Source of the DNA: a virus
Lineage: Duplodnaviria > Caudoviricetes
Strand: one strand, 5' to 3'
Virus record (IMG/VR): IMGVR_UViG_3300037842_000637
Location: 1 to 57,958 of that record
DNA length: 57,958 bases
A model generated the notes under the pieces. The model did no database searches and was not told the DNA's origin. It was given only the letters and a program-made list of their open reading frames with translations. This document shows, piece after piece, positions 46,935-57,000 of this stretch. How positions within the stretch are numbered: the first letter of the stretch is position 1; the number at the start of each line of letters is the position of its first letter. Made by a program: the position numbers and the translations under genes.

Positions 46935-48023
46935 ATGAGTATTAGTCTGCTGCGAAGCACGGTGAAGGCGTCACTGATCGAACGTGATGCCGAGGTCGAC
47001 ATGCTGGTTCTGGGCTACCTGTCCGGTCAGCACGTCAACCTCTGCGGCGAACCTGGCACGGCGAAGTCGCTGCTGGTCGACAACTTCATGGCCGCTATCA
47101 GCGGTTGTGAGTTCTTCTCGGCCTTGATGCACAAGTTTGTGCCACCGGAAGAGGTGCAAGGGCCGCTCAAACTGTCGGAAATGAAGAATGACAAGTACGA
47201 GCGGAACACTACTGGTTACTTGCCGTTGGCTGAGTTCGCTTTTCTGGACGAGATTTGGAAGTCGAGTCCGGCCATCTTGAACACCCTGCTCCGCTTGCTG
47301 AATGAAAGGAAGTTCCGAAATGGAAACGTCATGCTCGACACTCCGCTACGCTCTGCCGTTTCCGCCAGTAATGAGTATCCGATCGGTGAGTCGTTCGCCA
47401 CGACCGGAGCACTGTTCGACAGGTTCCTGCTGCGGAGCGATGTGCGGCCAGTGTCTCAAGGTCGCTGGCATGACCTGGTATTCGGGACGCTGCCGGAAGT
47501 TTCGCCGGTTATCAGCATGGCTGAGTTCGACGCTGAAGCTGCGAAGGTGCCGATGATGCCCTGGTCGGTCGACGCCAAGTCAGCCTACATTCAGATTGCT
47601 TATGCAATCGCCGCTGACGGAGTCAAGTTCGGCAATCGCCGCCTCCGAGCTTCAGCAAGTGTCTGCCAGGCTTCAGCAGTGATGAATGAGCACTCTCAGG
47701 TCGAGGTCAGTGACCTGGAACCGCTGAAGTACACTCTGTGGGTCCACCCTGATCAGCAGAAGGACGTCCACAAGCTGGTGACTAAGATTTCGAATCCCAG
47801 TGGTCAGGAAGTCCTGGACATCGTCGCCAACGCTGATGAGCTGTTTGCAAGCTGCACTGACTCGAACTCCCTTGGGACGTTCAAGGCACTTCAGAAGGTG
47901 CAGATCAGCATTGCAAGTCTGGACGCCATGAAGGGGAACGATCAGGCCGACGCTGCCAAGGCAGTGATCAAGGAGCGGCTTGAGAAGCTGAGCAGTGAGG
48001 TCTTCGGGCTTCAGAAGTCCTAA
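46935..48023 (+). CDS. MoxR-family AAA+ ATPase, RavA-like
   Basis: GEPGTAKS, FLDEIWKSSPAILNTLL.LLNER, ASNE, ALFDRFL. Confidence 0.9.
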   Translation: MSISLLRSTVKASLIERDAEVDMLVLGYLSGQHVNLCGEPGTAKSLLVDNFMAAISGCEFFSALMHKFVPPEEVQGPLKLSEMKNDKYERNTTGYLPLAEFAFLDEIWKSSPAILNTLLRLLNERKFRNGNVMLDTPLRSAVSASNEYPIGESFATTGALFDRFLLRSDVRPVSQGRWHDLVFGTLPEVSPVISMAEFDAEAAKVPMMPWSVDAKSAYIQIAYAIAADGVKFGNRRLRASASVCQASAVMNEHSQVEVSDLEPLKYTLWVHPDQQKDVHKLVTKISNPSGQEVLDIVANADELFASCTDSNSLGTFKALQKVQISIASLDAMKGNDQADAAKAVIKERLEKLSSEVFGLQKS

Positions 48024-48110
48024 GCAGAGGGGCGTCGGGTTTCGGCCCGGCGTTAATGCACTGACCAGCGTGGTCAGCGGTCCCAAGTCCGCAGTTTGGA
48101 GAATGAAGCG

Positions 48111-48314
48111 ATGCCGGAAGTCACGAAGTACAAGCTGGAGGTGTTGTCTGAAGCCAATGCCCTGACGCTGGGCGTCAGCATGGATGAGTTCGACACTGAC
48201 GCCGTGGACGCTGCGAAGTACAGGTTCCTGTGCGATGACCTGGACAGTGATGAGCTGATCGCGATCATCGAAGACGTGGTCAACTCGTATCACCCTGAGT
48301 TTCCACCCGCGTAG
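48111..48314 (+). CDS. Small acidic protein
   Basis: GGAG RBS, 67 aa. Confidence 0.55.
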   Translation: MPEVTKYKLEVLSEANALTLGVSMDEFDTDAVDAAKYRFLCDDLDSDELIAIIEDVVNSYHPEFPPA

Positions 48315-48368
48315 AAAGAGCTTGGTCGACGGTACGTTTCGAGTGTGGTCCGGTGGTCGAACCACAAC
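48312..48368 (+). promoter_or_regulatory. Conserved promoter-like motif plus hairpin, copy upstream of the VWA gene
   Basis: TAGAAAGAGCTTGG-TCGA-CGGTACGTTT; loop CG-GTGGT-CG. Confidence 0.75.
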
Positions 48369-48397
48369 CTACCCCCATTTACTACAAGGAGACGCTA

Positions 48398-49795
48398 ATG
48401 GCAGCCCCGACGATTTCCGAGTTGCTGGCCCAGTTACTGGATGGTGAGGACGACGGTCTGACTCCTGATGTAGCTCTCGGCCTGGCATCGAAGACGGCGA
48501 AGCCCAAGAGCAAGAACGCTCTCTTCGTCGATGGTTGGACCCAGTCAGCGGCTGAGAAGCTGACTGACATGGACTGGAACAAGAGTCCTGACGGTTTCGA
48601 GCTGAACAGCAAGCACGAGGTGGCCGACGCCTTCTCTGCTGCGTTCGACTGGATGCCGCAGACTGACCCCAACTGCGAAGACGTTCTCCGCAAGCGGTGG
48701 TACGACTCGTTGCTTGCCAGTCCTGCCTGGAAGCAGATGCAGGTCTCGACTCAGAACAACCTGCTGCTGAGTCAGATGGCGGCAACTCAAGCCGCTGAGG
48801 ACTACTACGTCTACGCTGCGTCACTGACCGACGAAGAGAAGGATGATGCTGAAGGTGAGGATGGCGGCGGCTTTCCCGGTGAACTGAAGCGGCACAAGAG
48901 CACCAAGCAGACTGCTGAGGCCGCTGCCGGTGACGTGCAGGATGCTCAAGACCTGACCGACACGTTCGGTTTCGGTGACGGAGCAGGCAGCACTGAAGAG
49001 AACGAAGCACTGGTTGAGCTGTTCAAGAAGGCGAAGGAAGACCCGACGCTGCGACGGATCGCTGAGCTGGCTGGCCGCTATTTGAAGTTGGTCCAGTCAC
49101 TTCAGCAGGCTAAGGCGATCCACGGTGCTGACGATGTCGTTGGTGTCGAGCTGAGCAATGACATCAGCCGACTGACTGCCAGTGAGCTGGGCAACCTGAT
49201 GACTCCTGAGCTGGAGCTTGACACTCTGCGTCGGATTGTCGACGGCGAGGCTCATTGCAGGGAGTATCAGTCACTGGCATCCGAAGCACGAGGACCGATC
49301 ATGGTTCTCGTCGATGAGTCAGGGTCAATGGCTGGTGATCCAATCGCTGAAGCCAAGGCACTGGCACTGGCACTGACGTGGTTGGCGAAGACTCAGAACA
49401 GATGGATTTGTCTGGTCGGTTGGTCGAGTCAACGTCAGGTCAGGCCGCTAGTGCTGCCACCTCAGCACAACAAGCAGGCTGAGGTCATCAAGTGGTGCCA
49501 GGAAATGTGGAACGGCGGCACCTACCCACCAGTGGCTCGCATTGCTGAGCTGTTCGAAGAGACCGGAGCACCTGAAGGCCAGACCGATCTGATCTGGATC
49601 ACCGATGGTTGTTGCAACATCTACGATAGTGACATCGCTGAGTTCAATGCGTTCAGGGAAGACCACAAGGTCAGGAGCTTTGTGCTTGGCATAGGCGGCC
49701 ATCCCGCTGGGTTCGAAGAGGTTGCTGACGAGATCAAGACTGTTGATTCACTGACTGTTGAGTCTGAAGTAGTTGAGGAAATCCTGAGCATCTAA
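48398..49795 (+). CDS. VWA-domain protein, ViaA-like
   Basis: GVELSNDISRL..SEL; MIDAS VDESGSM, GGT, ITDG. Confidence 0.9.
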   Translation: MAAPTISELLAQLLDGEDDGLTPDVALGLASKTAKPKSKNALFVDGWTQSAAEKLTDMDWNKSPDGFELNSKHEVADAFSAAFDWMPQTDPNCEDVLRKRWYDSLLASPAWKQMQVSTQNNLLLSQMAATQAAEDYYVYAASLTDEEKDDAEGEDGGGFPGELKRHKSTKQTAEAAAGDVQDAQDLTDTFGFGDGAGSTEENEALVELFKKAKEDPTLRRIAELAGRYLKLVQSLQQAKAIHGADDVVGVELSNDISRLTASELGNLMTPELELDTLRRIVDGEAHCREYQSLASEARGPIMVLVDESGSMAGDPIAEAKALALALTWLAKTQNRWICLVGWSSQRQVRPLVLPPQHNKQAEVIKWCQEMWNGGTYPPVARIAELFEETGAPEGQTDLIWITDGCCNIYDSDIAEFNAFREDHKVRSFVLGIGGHPAGFEEVADEIKTVDSLTVESEVVEEILSI

Positions 49796-49802
49796 TCACA
49801 CG

Positions 49803-49867
49803 TAGAAAGAGCTTGGGGTTCGGTACGTTTTGGGTGACGGTTCGGCGTTCGGGCCGTCACCCTTTTT
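49803..49867 (+). promoter_or_regulatory. Conserved promoter-like motif plus hairpin (with U tract)
   Basis: TAGAAAGAGCTTGG-GGTT-CGGTACGTTT; GGGTGACGGTTCG-GCGTT-CGGGCCGTCACCC-TTTTT. Confidence 0.75.
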
Positions 49868-49892
49868 GTGTCTTCACTTGGGAGTATAGACG

Positions 49893-50789
49893 ATGACAAA
49901 CCCACTGGATCAGACCGGCGAGATCGTTACTTGGAATCCTCCGAGCAGCGTGCAGCACAGTATCCTCAGACTTGCCCTGAGTAATGCAGGACTCGACCCT
50001 GACCTGTCGCCACCGATGCAGCCGAAGAACGGATTCAAGCGGGCCACCACTGCCATGAAGGAAGGCCGCATCATTCGTGAGGTCGACGATGACGGCAGCG
50101 TCATGACCTTCCAGTTCACGAAGGAATTTCTGGACACTCAACAGCAGGAGTTTGAATACTCCACCGAGTGCAAGATGTATCTCCACAAGGCCAACGGCAT
50201 GATCGTTTGTGCCCGGCAGGACATGGAAGACCTGGCCAAAGAGAAGTTCGCCGAGAAGATGGCAAGCCGCAACGCTTCTGACGTCAGTCGGATTGTGCAG
50301 GCACTGTTCAAGGCGAACGGTGACCTCTTCCCGCTGAGAGATAGTGGCGGTGCCTACTTTGTCCCGGCTCAGCACCTGCCGCTTGTTCGGAAGTGTGCTG
50401 CGTTCATCAAGGAGATCGGCGGCTCGATGCCATCGTGGGAAATCCACAACACCGCCAACGCTGCTCAAGCCAACGCCGAAGCGATCCGCGACACACTGAA
50501 TGGATGGATCGACGACTACAAACTCTACGCTGAGCAGATCAACGACGAGAATCCCAAGTCTGTGAAGTGTGCGGCGGCCAAGATCGCTGAGATCAGGTTC
50601 AAGCTGAGCAACTATCGGACTCTGCTCCAGTCGTTCGACGGCGAGATCGAACAGCATATCAAGGACGTTGAAGCTGACCTGGCTGCCAAGGTGAATGGAA
50701 CTCCTGAAGCAGTGGCCGCCCCTGAACCAGTCGTTGAGGCGGCACCGATCAGTGAAGCACAGAAGTTGCTGGCTCAGTTGCTGGGCTAG
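49893..50789 (+). CDS. Conserved phage/mobile-element protein (DUF6744-like)
   Basis: G..V.W; F.RA; PLRDSGGAYFVP motif. Confidence 0.6.
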   Translation: MTNPLDQTGEIVTWNPPSSVQHSILRLALSNAGLDPDLSPPMQPKNGFKRATTAMKEGRIIREVDDDGSVMTFQFTKEFLDTQQQEFEYSTECKMYLHKANGMIVCARQDMEDLAKEKFAEKMASRNASDVSRIVQALFKANGDLFPLRDSGGAYFVPAQHLPLVRKCAAFIKEIGGSMPSWEIHNTANAAQANAEAIRDTLNGWIDDYKLYAEQINDENPKSVKCAAAKIAEIRFKLSNYRTLLQSFDGEIEQHIKDVEADLAAKVNGTPEAVAAPEPVVEAAPISEAQKLLAQLLG

Positions 50790-50878
50790 TCCTCCCCCTG
50801 GTGGCAGTGTTGCTCCGTGCTGCCCCGCACCACCCCGGCTAACGGAGCCTTTCCTACACCCCTCTCAGGAGAACTCGG

Positions 50879-51574
50879 ATGACGTGGATCAACATCCATC
50901 ACAAGCTGCAAAACCTGGTCAGCAGTCTGAAGGTCAGTCGTCGCTGCGTCAGCGTCATCAACGCTTCACTGCGGAACCTCTGGGTCACTGCTACCAATGG
51001 CAGGATGGCATTCGTCCTGCAAGCACGAGGCCACCTCGACAACGACGCTCCGCACAACGTCCCCTCTGAAGTGCTGCCCGTCAGACAGCAGGACTTGGGT
51101 CAAGACCTCGACCACCGCACCGACAGCAACGAGTACGTTCTGAACTGCAAAGTGCAGGGCAATGAGCGAGCCGACATGAATCAGGAGTTCTTTGTCAGGA
51201 AACCTCATGATGTGACGGCGGCCATCCTGCTCGACGTCAACGAGGACTACCTGCCAGTGAAGATGCTGGTGGCTGACCTGAAGCTACTGCTGGAGGTAGC
51301 TGGCAAGGAACACAACTACGTCACGTTCTTCGTCGCCGCTGACCCTGATGCCCATGCTCCCAACACTCCCCGAGACTACGTCCCTACCATGCTCGATGAG
51401 GAAGGCATCGGAGTCATGATGACTGCCAGTGGCGGCGGCAGCTATCCCCGCCAGCAGTACAACACAATGCGGGATGAGTACCTGATGGACTCCGGCCAGC
51501 AAGTGACCCGCCAGACCCCAGCCAAGACTGACGCTGCCAAACTCCTCGAAGAAATGATCGGAGCTATGGAATGA
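50879..51574 (+). CDS. Hypothetical protein
   Basis: AGGAG RBS; VTATNGRM motif. Confidence 0.65.
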   Translation: MTWINIHHKLQNLVSSLKVSRRCVSVINASLRNLWVTATNGRMAFVLQARGHLDNDAPHNVPSEVLPVRQQDLGQDLDHRTDSNEYVLNCKVQGNERADMNQEFFVRKPHDVTAAILLDVNEDYLPVKMLVADLKLLLEVAGKEHNYVTFFVAADPDAHAPNTPRDYVPTMLDEEGIGVMMTASGGGSYPRQQYNTMRDEYLMDSGQQVTRQTPAKTDAAKLLEEMIGAME

Positions 51575-51822
51575 AGGAGCAGATTACTTACGACCCGCTG
51601 CTGAGCACCAACGAGAACCTCAAGCTGAACGGACTCAGCACGAGGGACTCACCTCACCAGTACAAGAAGGTGGTTGTCGACGGCAATGACTCTGTTATTC
51701 TTGAGTCAGCGACAGCATACGAGGTGACCGACTGGCTGAAGGAGCAGGCCAATCAACCTATCACCCATGATGGAGGGCCGGATCGGATTGACGGTGCTCC
51801 CAGTGACGGAGACATTGAGTGA
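51571..51822 (+). CDS. Hypothetical protein
   Basis: ATGA-coupled. Confidence 0.55.
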   Translation: MKEQITYDPLLSTNENLKLNGLSTRDSPHQYKKVVVDGNDSVILESATAYEVTDWLKEQANQPITHDGGPDRIDGAPSDGDIE

Positions 51823-52460
51823 CAGATTCCATACTGAACTGCACCCCGGTGGTCATATTCTTTGGCTTCCTCTGGGTGCTTACTCACGGAAGCAAGGAAC
51901 CGAGGCAACCCATGCAGAAGATACCACCCCTCGACCAGATGGAACGCAACTACTGCGACTGCGGCAAGTGCAAGGCAGGATGCAAGGCCATGCCCGGCAT
52001 GTTGGCACCGGGAGACCTGAAGGCCATCGCCAGGCACATGAAGGTGCCCGACACTGACGACCACTGGCTCGTCAATAACTTCGTTGCCAGTGAGGGAGCG
52101 AAGGTCAAGCTAGGTCCGACAGTGAGGAACATCCCGACCATCACCCCAAGACAGGAGAGTGATGGCCGCTGCGTGTTCCTCGACGACGACGACAGGTGCA
52201 GCATCCACAAGGTATCACCCTTCGGCTGCCGGACGTTTCGAATCTGCAATGAGCCGGACGTCACGCCTGCTGAGCTGATCGACAAGGCAGCCGAGGATAC
52301 CGAGAAGATCAGTGCGGCACTGAAGCACTGCATCATTGACGATTCTTACAACGAATCGTGGGAGATACTTCACAACAGTGGGTGCATCGCTGAGCCACTG
52401 ACGGTACGACGCGGACTGCTCACCACCATGCTCCGGGAACTGGAGGAACCACATGAGTAA
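51819..52460 (+). CDS. YkgJ-family cysteine-cluster (Zn/Fe-S) protein; alternative start 51912
   Basis: CDCGKC...C; CVFL....CSIH..SPFGCR. Confidence 0.75.
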   Translation: MTDSILNCTPVVIFFGFLWVLTHGSKEPRQPMQKIPPLDQMERNYCDCGKCKAGCKAMPGMLAPGDLKAIARHMKVPDTDDHWLVNNFVASEGAKVKLGPTVRNIPTITPRQESDGRCVFLDDDDRCSIHKVSPFGCRTFRICNEPDVTPAELIDKAAEDTEKISAALKHCIIDDSYNESWEILHNSGCIAEPLTVRRGLLTTMLRELEEPHE

Positions 52461-53169
52461 CCCATGCGTAGCCTACTGCCGAGTCAGCACGGAAGAACAA
52501 GCGTCGGCTGGTCACTCACTGACAGCACAGCAGGAAGACATTGCTCGATGGTGCTTGACCAAGGGATTCACGGCTGAGTTCTACGTCGAAGCGATGAGCG
52601 GCAAGAACGTACGTGATAAGCGGCGGCCAAAGTTTGAGGACGCAGTGCTCAGAGCTAAGGAACTGGGCTGTCCGATGGTGGTGTATGCCGTCGCTCGACT
52701 GACCAGAAACTTCACCGATCTTGAATGGATGATCGACGAGTTCAAGGGCACCAACGCCACCCTGCGTAGTGTCACTGAGCTGGAAGGCATCGACACTGCG
52801 TCACCTTCCGGCAATGCCATGCTGAACATGATGATTGTCTTCGCCAAGCTGGAGCGTGAGCAGCGTGCTGAGAGGACACAGTCTGCTCTCAACCACCTGA
52901 AGCGGAGCGGCAGGAAGTACACCCGCGTTCCACCCTACGGATACAAATGGGTTGGCCGCCTGAAGGCACCGCATCCAGTCGAGCAGAAGATCATGGTGGC
53001 GATGGCCGCCTTCATTAAAGCTCGACCCACGGCAAGCTATGGCAAGATCGCCATCGACTTGAATGAAGCTGGTCTCCGAACACGTAAGGGTAAGAAATGG
53101 AATCGCAAAGCAGTGAGAGACGTAGTTATCAAGAACCCGCAACTGCTTACGAAAGACCCCGAGCCTTGA
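52453..53169 (+). CDS. Serine recombinase (resolvase-type catalytic domain plus recombinase DNA-binding domain)
   Basis: YCRVSTEEQ, SGK...RP, RLTRN, IDT.SP.G, FAKLERE...ERT, PYGY, IA..LN..G..TR.G..W. Confidence 0.92.
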   Translation: MSNPCVAYCRVSTEEQASAGHSLTAQQEDIARWCLTKGFTAEFYVEAMSGKNVRDKRRPKFEDAVLRAKELGCPMVVYAVARLTRNFTDLEWMIDEFKGTNATLRSVTELEGIDTASPSGNAMLNMMIVFAKLEREQRAERTQSALNHLKRSGRKYTRVPPYGYKWVGRLKAPHPVEQKIMVAMAAFIKARPTASYGKIAIDLNEAGLRTRKGKKWNRKAVRDVVIKNPQLLTKDPEP

Positions 53170-53332
53170 GTGTCAACGCCTTCCGCTTAGCGGGAGCACT
53201 GACCGGCACAGCACGACGCAAGGGAACGCTGCGTGTTGAGGTTGTGTTCGATGGCAGAGAACTGAGAGTCCAGTCCTGTGATGGTGACCCTGACGCCATC
53301 GCCATCCCCTTCGTACCTCGGAGAGTAAAGCT

Positions 53333-53770
53333 ATGAAGATCGACGAAGCCGCCACCAACCAGCGTGCTGAATGCTGCGGCCAATGCCCGTTCGCCAGGTC
53401 AACCAGCAAGGAGTACCTCGACACTCGCGGTGACAACAGCGAACGATTCCTTGGGCAGTCATTCATCAACGCCGTACTGCCCTGCCACATGGAAGACGCT
53501 GAGAACAACGCCGTCGTCGGACAGGGCCAGCAGTGTGCTGGTGCTGCCAAGTTCCGTGCCAATCTGGGTGTCAACTGGCTGCACCCTTCACTCGGTGAGC
53601 TGCCGGTCGATGAGGTTGCAGTGTTCACGACTGCTGAAGAACTGCTGGCTCATCATCGTGGCATCAGTCTGGCTGAAGCGGAGGACTACCTGAAGACCCA
53701 TACTCTTGGCTCAATGGCAGTCCGTGAACTGGAAGAAGCGATGATGAAAGGCAGGTTCTGCGATGCGTAA
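53333..53770 (+). CDS. Cys-rich protein (DUF6283-like)
   Basis: CGQCPF...PCH...CAG. Confidence 0.6.
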   Translation: MKIDEAATNQRAECCGQCPFARSTSKEYLDTRGDNSERFLGQSFINAVLPCHMEDAENNAVVGQGQQCAGAAKFRANLGVNWLHPSLGELPVDEVAVFTTAEELLAHHRGISLAEAEDYLKTHTLGSMAVRELEEAMMKGRFCDA

Positions 53771-54071
53771 ACGTATGACTCGCCGAACTCTTTGTGATGA
53801 GTGTGCTCTGGAGATACCACCCCACACTAAGCGTAAGAAATGCAGGTCATGCAGCAAAATGTTGTGCAAGTGCTGCACGACGGTGATCCAAGGCGACGGC
53901 AGTAGGTGCTCAGAGTGTAGGACTGCTGCCTTCCTCGCCTACGTTGCCCCGTTCGAGAAGAAAACAAACGACAGGCAAGTAAAGGTTTTATTTCAAGGCC
54001 ACGAAGTGTACGGCGAGCCGATGCCGGTATACCGAATGGGCGATTACATGAGGCGGCTCGATGAATGCTAG
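53763..54071 (+). CDS. Zn-finger protein
   Basis: Four CxxC pairs. Confidence 0.55.
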   Translation: MRKRMTRRTLCDECALEIPPHTKRKKCRSCSKMLCKCCTTVIQGDGSRCSECRTAAFLAYVAPFEKKTNDRQVKVLFQGHEVYGEPMPVYRMGDYMRRLDEC

Positions 54072-57000
54072 TAGCCCCTCATTGCCTTCTGTCTCTCCAG
54101 TTCCTGACGTTCCCGACGATCCCGGTCCTGCTTTGACTGAAGCATCCGCAGCATCAGAAGATGATTGAATTCTTCCGGCGTCATCCCTTCCTTCACTGCG
54201 TCCGGGATGTAGTAGTTGCTGAAGTCTCGACCACCCATGCCCTTGTACTCGTTGGCAATCATATCCATCAGCGAAGCATCTTGGGCTGAGTTCGAGACGT
54301 CGGAAACTCGTGAGCCGGTGAGCTGGTTCAGCAGCAATGGAGCACCTGCGTAGTCATACTTCCTCTTGTCGGTGACTTGACGCAGGTTGCTCATTGCTCT
54401 GATGCCAGGGATGGTCTGAAGCAGTGGCTCGATCATCCGCGTATCAACTGCAACACGCTGGTCTTCACCCGTGGCTATGCTCTTGAGGTTGCTGAGCAGG
54501 CGGCCAAGCTGCGGGTCCATGTCCTCAGTGTCACGCGGACCCTGATACCCTGACTGGAACAGTGACTTGCCAAGCACATGCTCGATCGGTGCCTTGATCA
54601 GCGGACTCAGCCTGCCCATCAGCTCGTAGCCGATCGCCTTCATTGGGTCACCAGTGTCGACCGCTCCCAGTAAGTCCTCTTCCATCAGGCCCAGCCCGGT
54701 CATGTACCGTGGCTCGCCCTCGTCGCTCTGCCCCAGCGGTATCGCCAGCGACTGAGCAATGTGCTCCGGCAAGAACTCATCGTCAGACCGTAGCCGAGTC
54801 AGTCCTTTGAAGAGTGTGCCGGTCCTGCCAGTGGGATTGTTCATCAGCTCCTTCGCCACGTACGGGATGTTGCGTGAGCTGAAGGAGTAGAACGGCATGA
54901 TGCCCAGCCGCCGGATCGTATTCTCGAACGGCGTGAATGCCCGTGTTGAGTAGTCGATCTGTGAAGCGTTGATGTTGCGTGCTGCTTGAGCTGGGTCAAC
55001 ACCCTTGTCTATCTGGTCGAGCCACGACGGGATGCGGTTGAGTGCTTCCGCTCCCTCACCGAGCTTCTCCCCTGCCGCTGACGGGACGAAGACCGTGTTC
55101 TCCCTGCCGCCTATGCCACGCAGTGCAGCAGGCCGGTTCCAGCCTTCGACCCTGTCTGCCTTGGATATGATCGGCTTCAGTTCTTTGATTGCTGCCTTGA
55201 CTCCGACTGGGTTGGTGCCGCTCAGTCCACCGAGGAACCCGATCTCTTCACCGAGGTTGTTGCCTTCAGTGATGCCGTTGAACTTGCCGCCTATGTCTTC
55301 CAGCCCGATGCCCTGCCGCTCACCGCCCATGTACTTGTGGATGTACTGCCGCAGTGCATTGGTAGCGTCAGCCTCCGGGATGTTCTGCTCCTTCATGAGC
55401 TGAGCAACGCCGGGGAACTGCATCGCTTCCTCAGCGGTGACCTCTCCCCCGTTTGACATCCGCCGCACCATGCCTGAGTACCTGAGCGGATCGTTCCCGG
55501 CGAGCACTTCGCGAGCTTGGCCTGACCCAAGGTTGCGGACATGGAAGTTGATCCACGGATTGGTTTGCAGCCCCTTCCATAGCCTGTTGTACTGCACCAG
55601 CCCATCAGTCAGCAGGTTCGTTGGGTCTGGTCCGGCCAGTGATTTCTTCAGTGTCGCCAGCGTGTCAGCGACAGGGTCAGGCACCGTCTGATTCAGGATA
55701 CTGCTCCGCTGAGCCTTGAGTATCTCGTCGGCTGGCTGCGGCCCGATGAAGTCACCGAACAGGTCCGCGTCCAGCTCATCCTGTGCCTGCCTGCTCATCT
55801 TCCCACGGATGATGTCGGCTGCCTTGTCAGCAGTGACCATCGGCCCACGCTTGGTGGTCTCGAAGCCCAGCCGGTCGAGCACCTGATTGACTGTGGTCCT
55901 GGCTGGTGTCACCTCGTCAGGCTTGATCCCGATGAACTGCTTGAGCTTGCTCATCAGTCCAGGGTCCGGCGTCTGTGACAGCTCATCCACCCTGCCACCG
56001 GACAGCAGGTTAGCCAGTGCATCAGTGGTGGTGCGGGTGTTGGCGACCGTGTCCTCGAAGCCCTCGACTCGCCGCTTGACCATGCCGATCTGGTCACCCC
56101 ACGTACCGTCAGCTCTCAGCTCCGGCGTCAGCTTACTAAGGTAAGCCGCCAGTGCCTCCGGTTTGCTCTGGTACTCCGTGATGTCAGCCTTGAGACCTGA
56201 CTCGATCTCACCCATCCCACTGAGTTCTTCGATGATATCTGCTTGCCGTGCCTCTGCTGCGGCCATGTCTGCCGGTGCATCAGACAGCGGTGACACCTTG
56301 GCCTGATCAATCTGCCGTTGCAGTTGCTTGCCACGCTCCTGCATCTTGGCAAGCTGTTCAGCGAACTTGCCCATGTCAGGCGGCGGTGCGTCAGGGAAGC
56401 CAGCGTTCGGAGAGATGATCGAGTCTGCGTCAAACGCAAGGTACTCCTTGCCACCGCTCTGCATGGTCACTTCAACGCCGTTGTATCCGTCGTTTCGTAT
56501 AGCCTCTGTTAATTCCTTGCCCCCGATGTTGCCGTACTTTTCACGCAGCTCAGCAGGAGTTGCTTTCAGGTATCCTGAAGTGTCCAGGTCTCTGGTCATC
56601 ACCTTACCAGCATCCAGTTCTCCTGCTGCAACGTCGCCGTACTGCTGTGCTCCCATCTTCTTGTCGCTGAAGTAGAACCCTTCCCCGAAGTAGCCGGGAT
56701 CGCGTGATCCCATGAGGTCCGCGTCGAACTCATCGAAACTCTTGGCTGAACCGTGGTATGCAGTGACATTGCCTTGCTTGGGTGCTGCCTGCTGAGCACT
56801 CGTCATCGGAGTGTCGAGTGGATTGGCAGGCTGAAGGCCATTCATCTCTTCTATCCAACGCTGCTGTCGTGCCTGCAACGTAGCGAGTTCACGGGCGGGA
56901 CGTCCTGCTTCACGGGTGGCCGCAGCTTCCATCGCACCGAAACTCTTCAGCTCATCCTTCAGTGCTGACCGCTGAGTCGTCAGGTCCGCCAGTTGCTGGG

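Noticed and set aside
49857-50657. 266-aa antisense ORF
   Set aside because: Codon-bias shadow of 49893-50789
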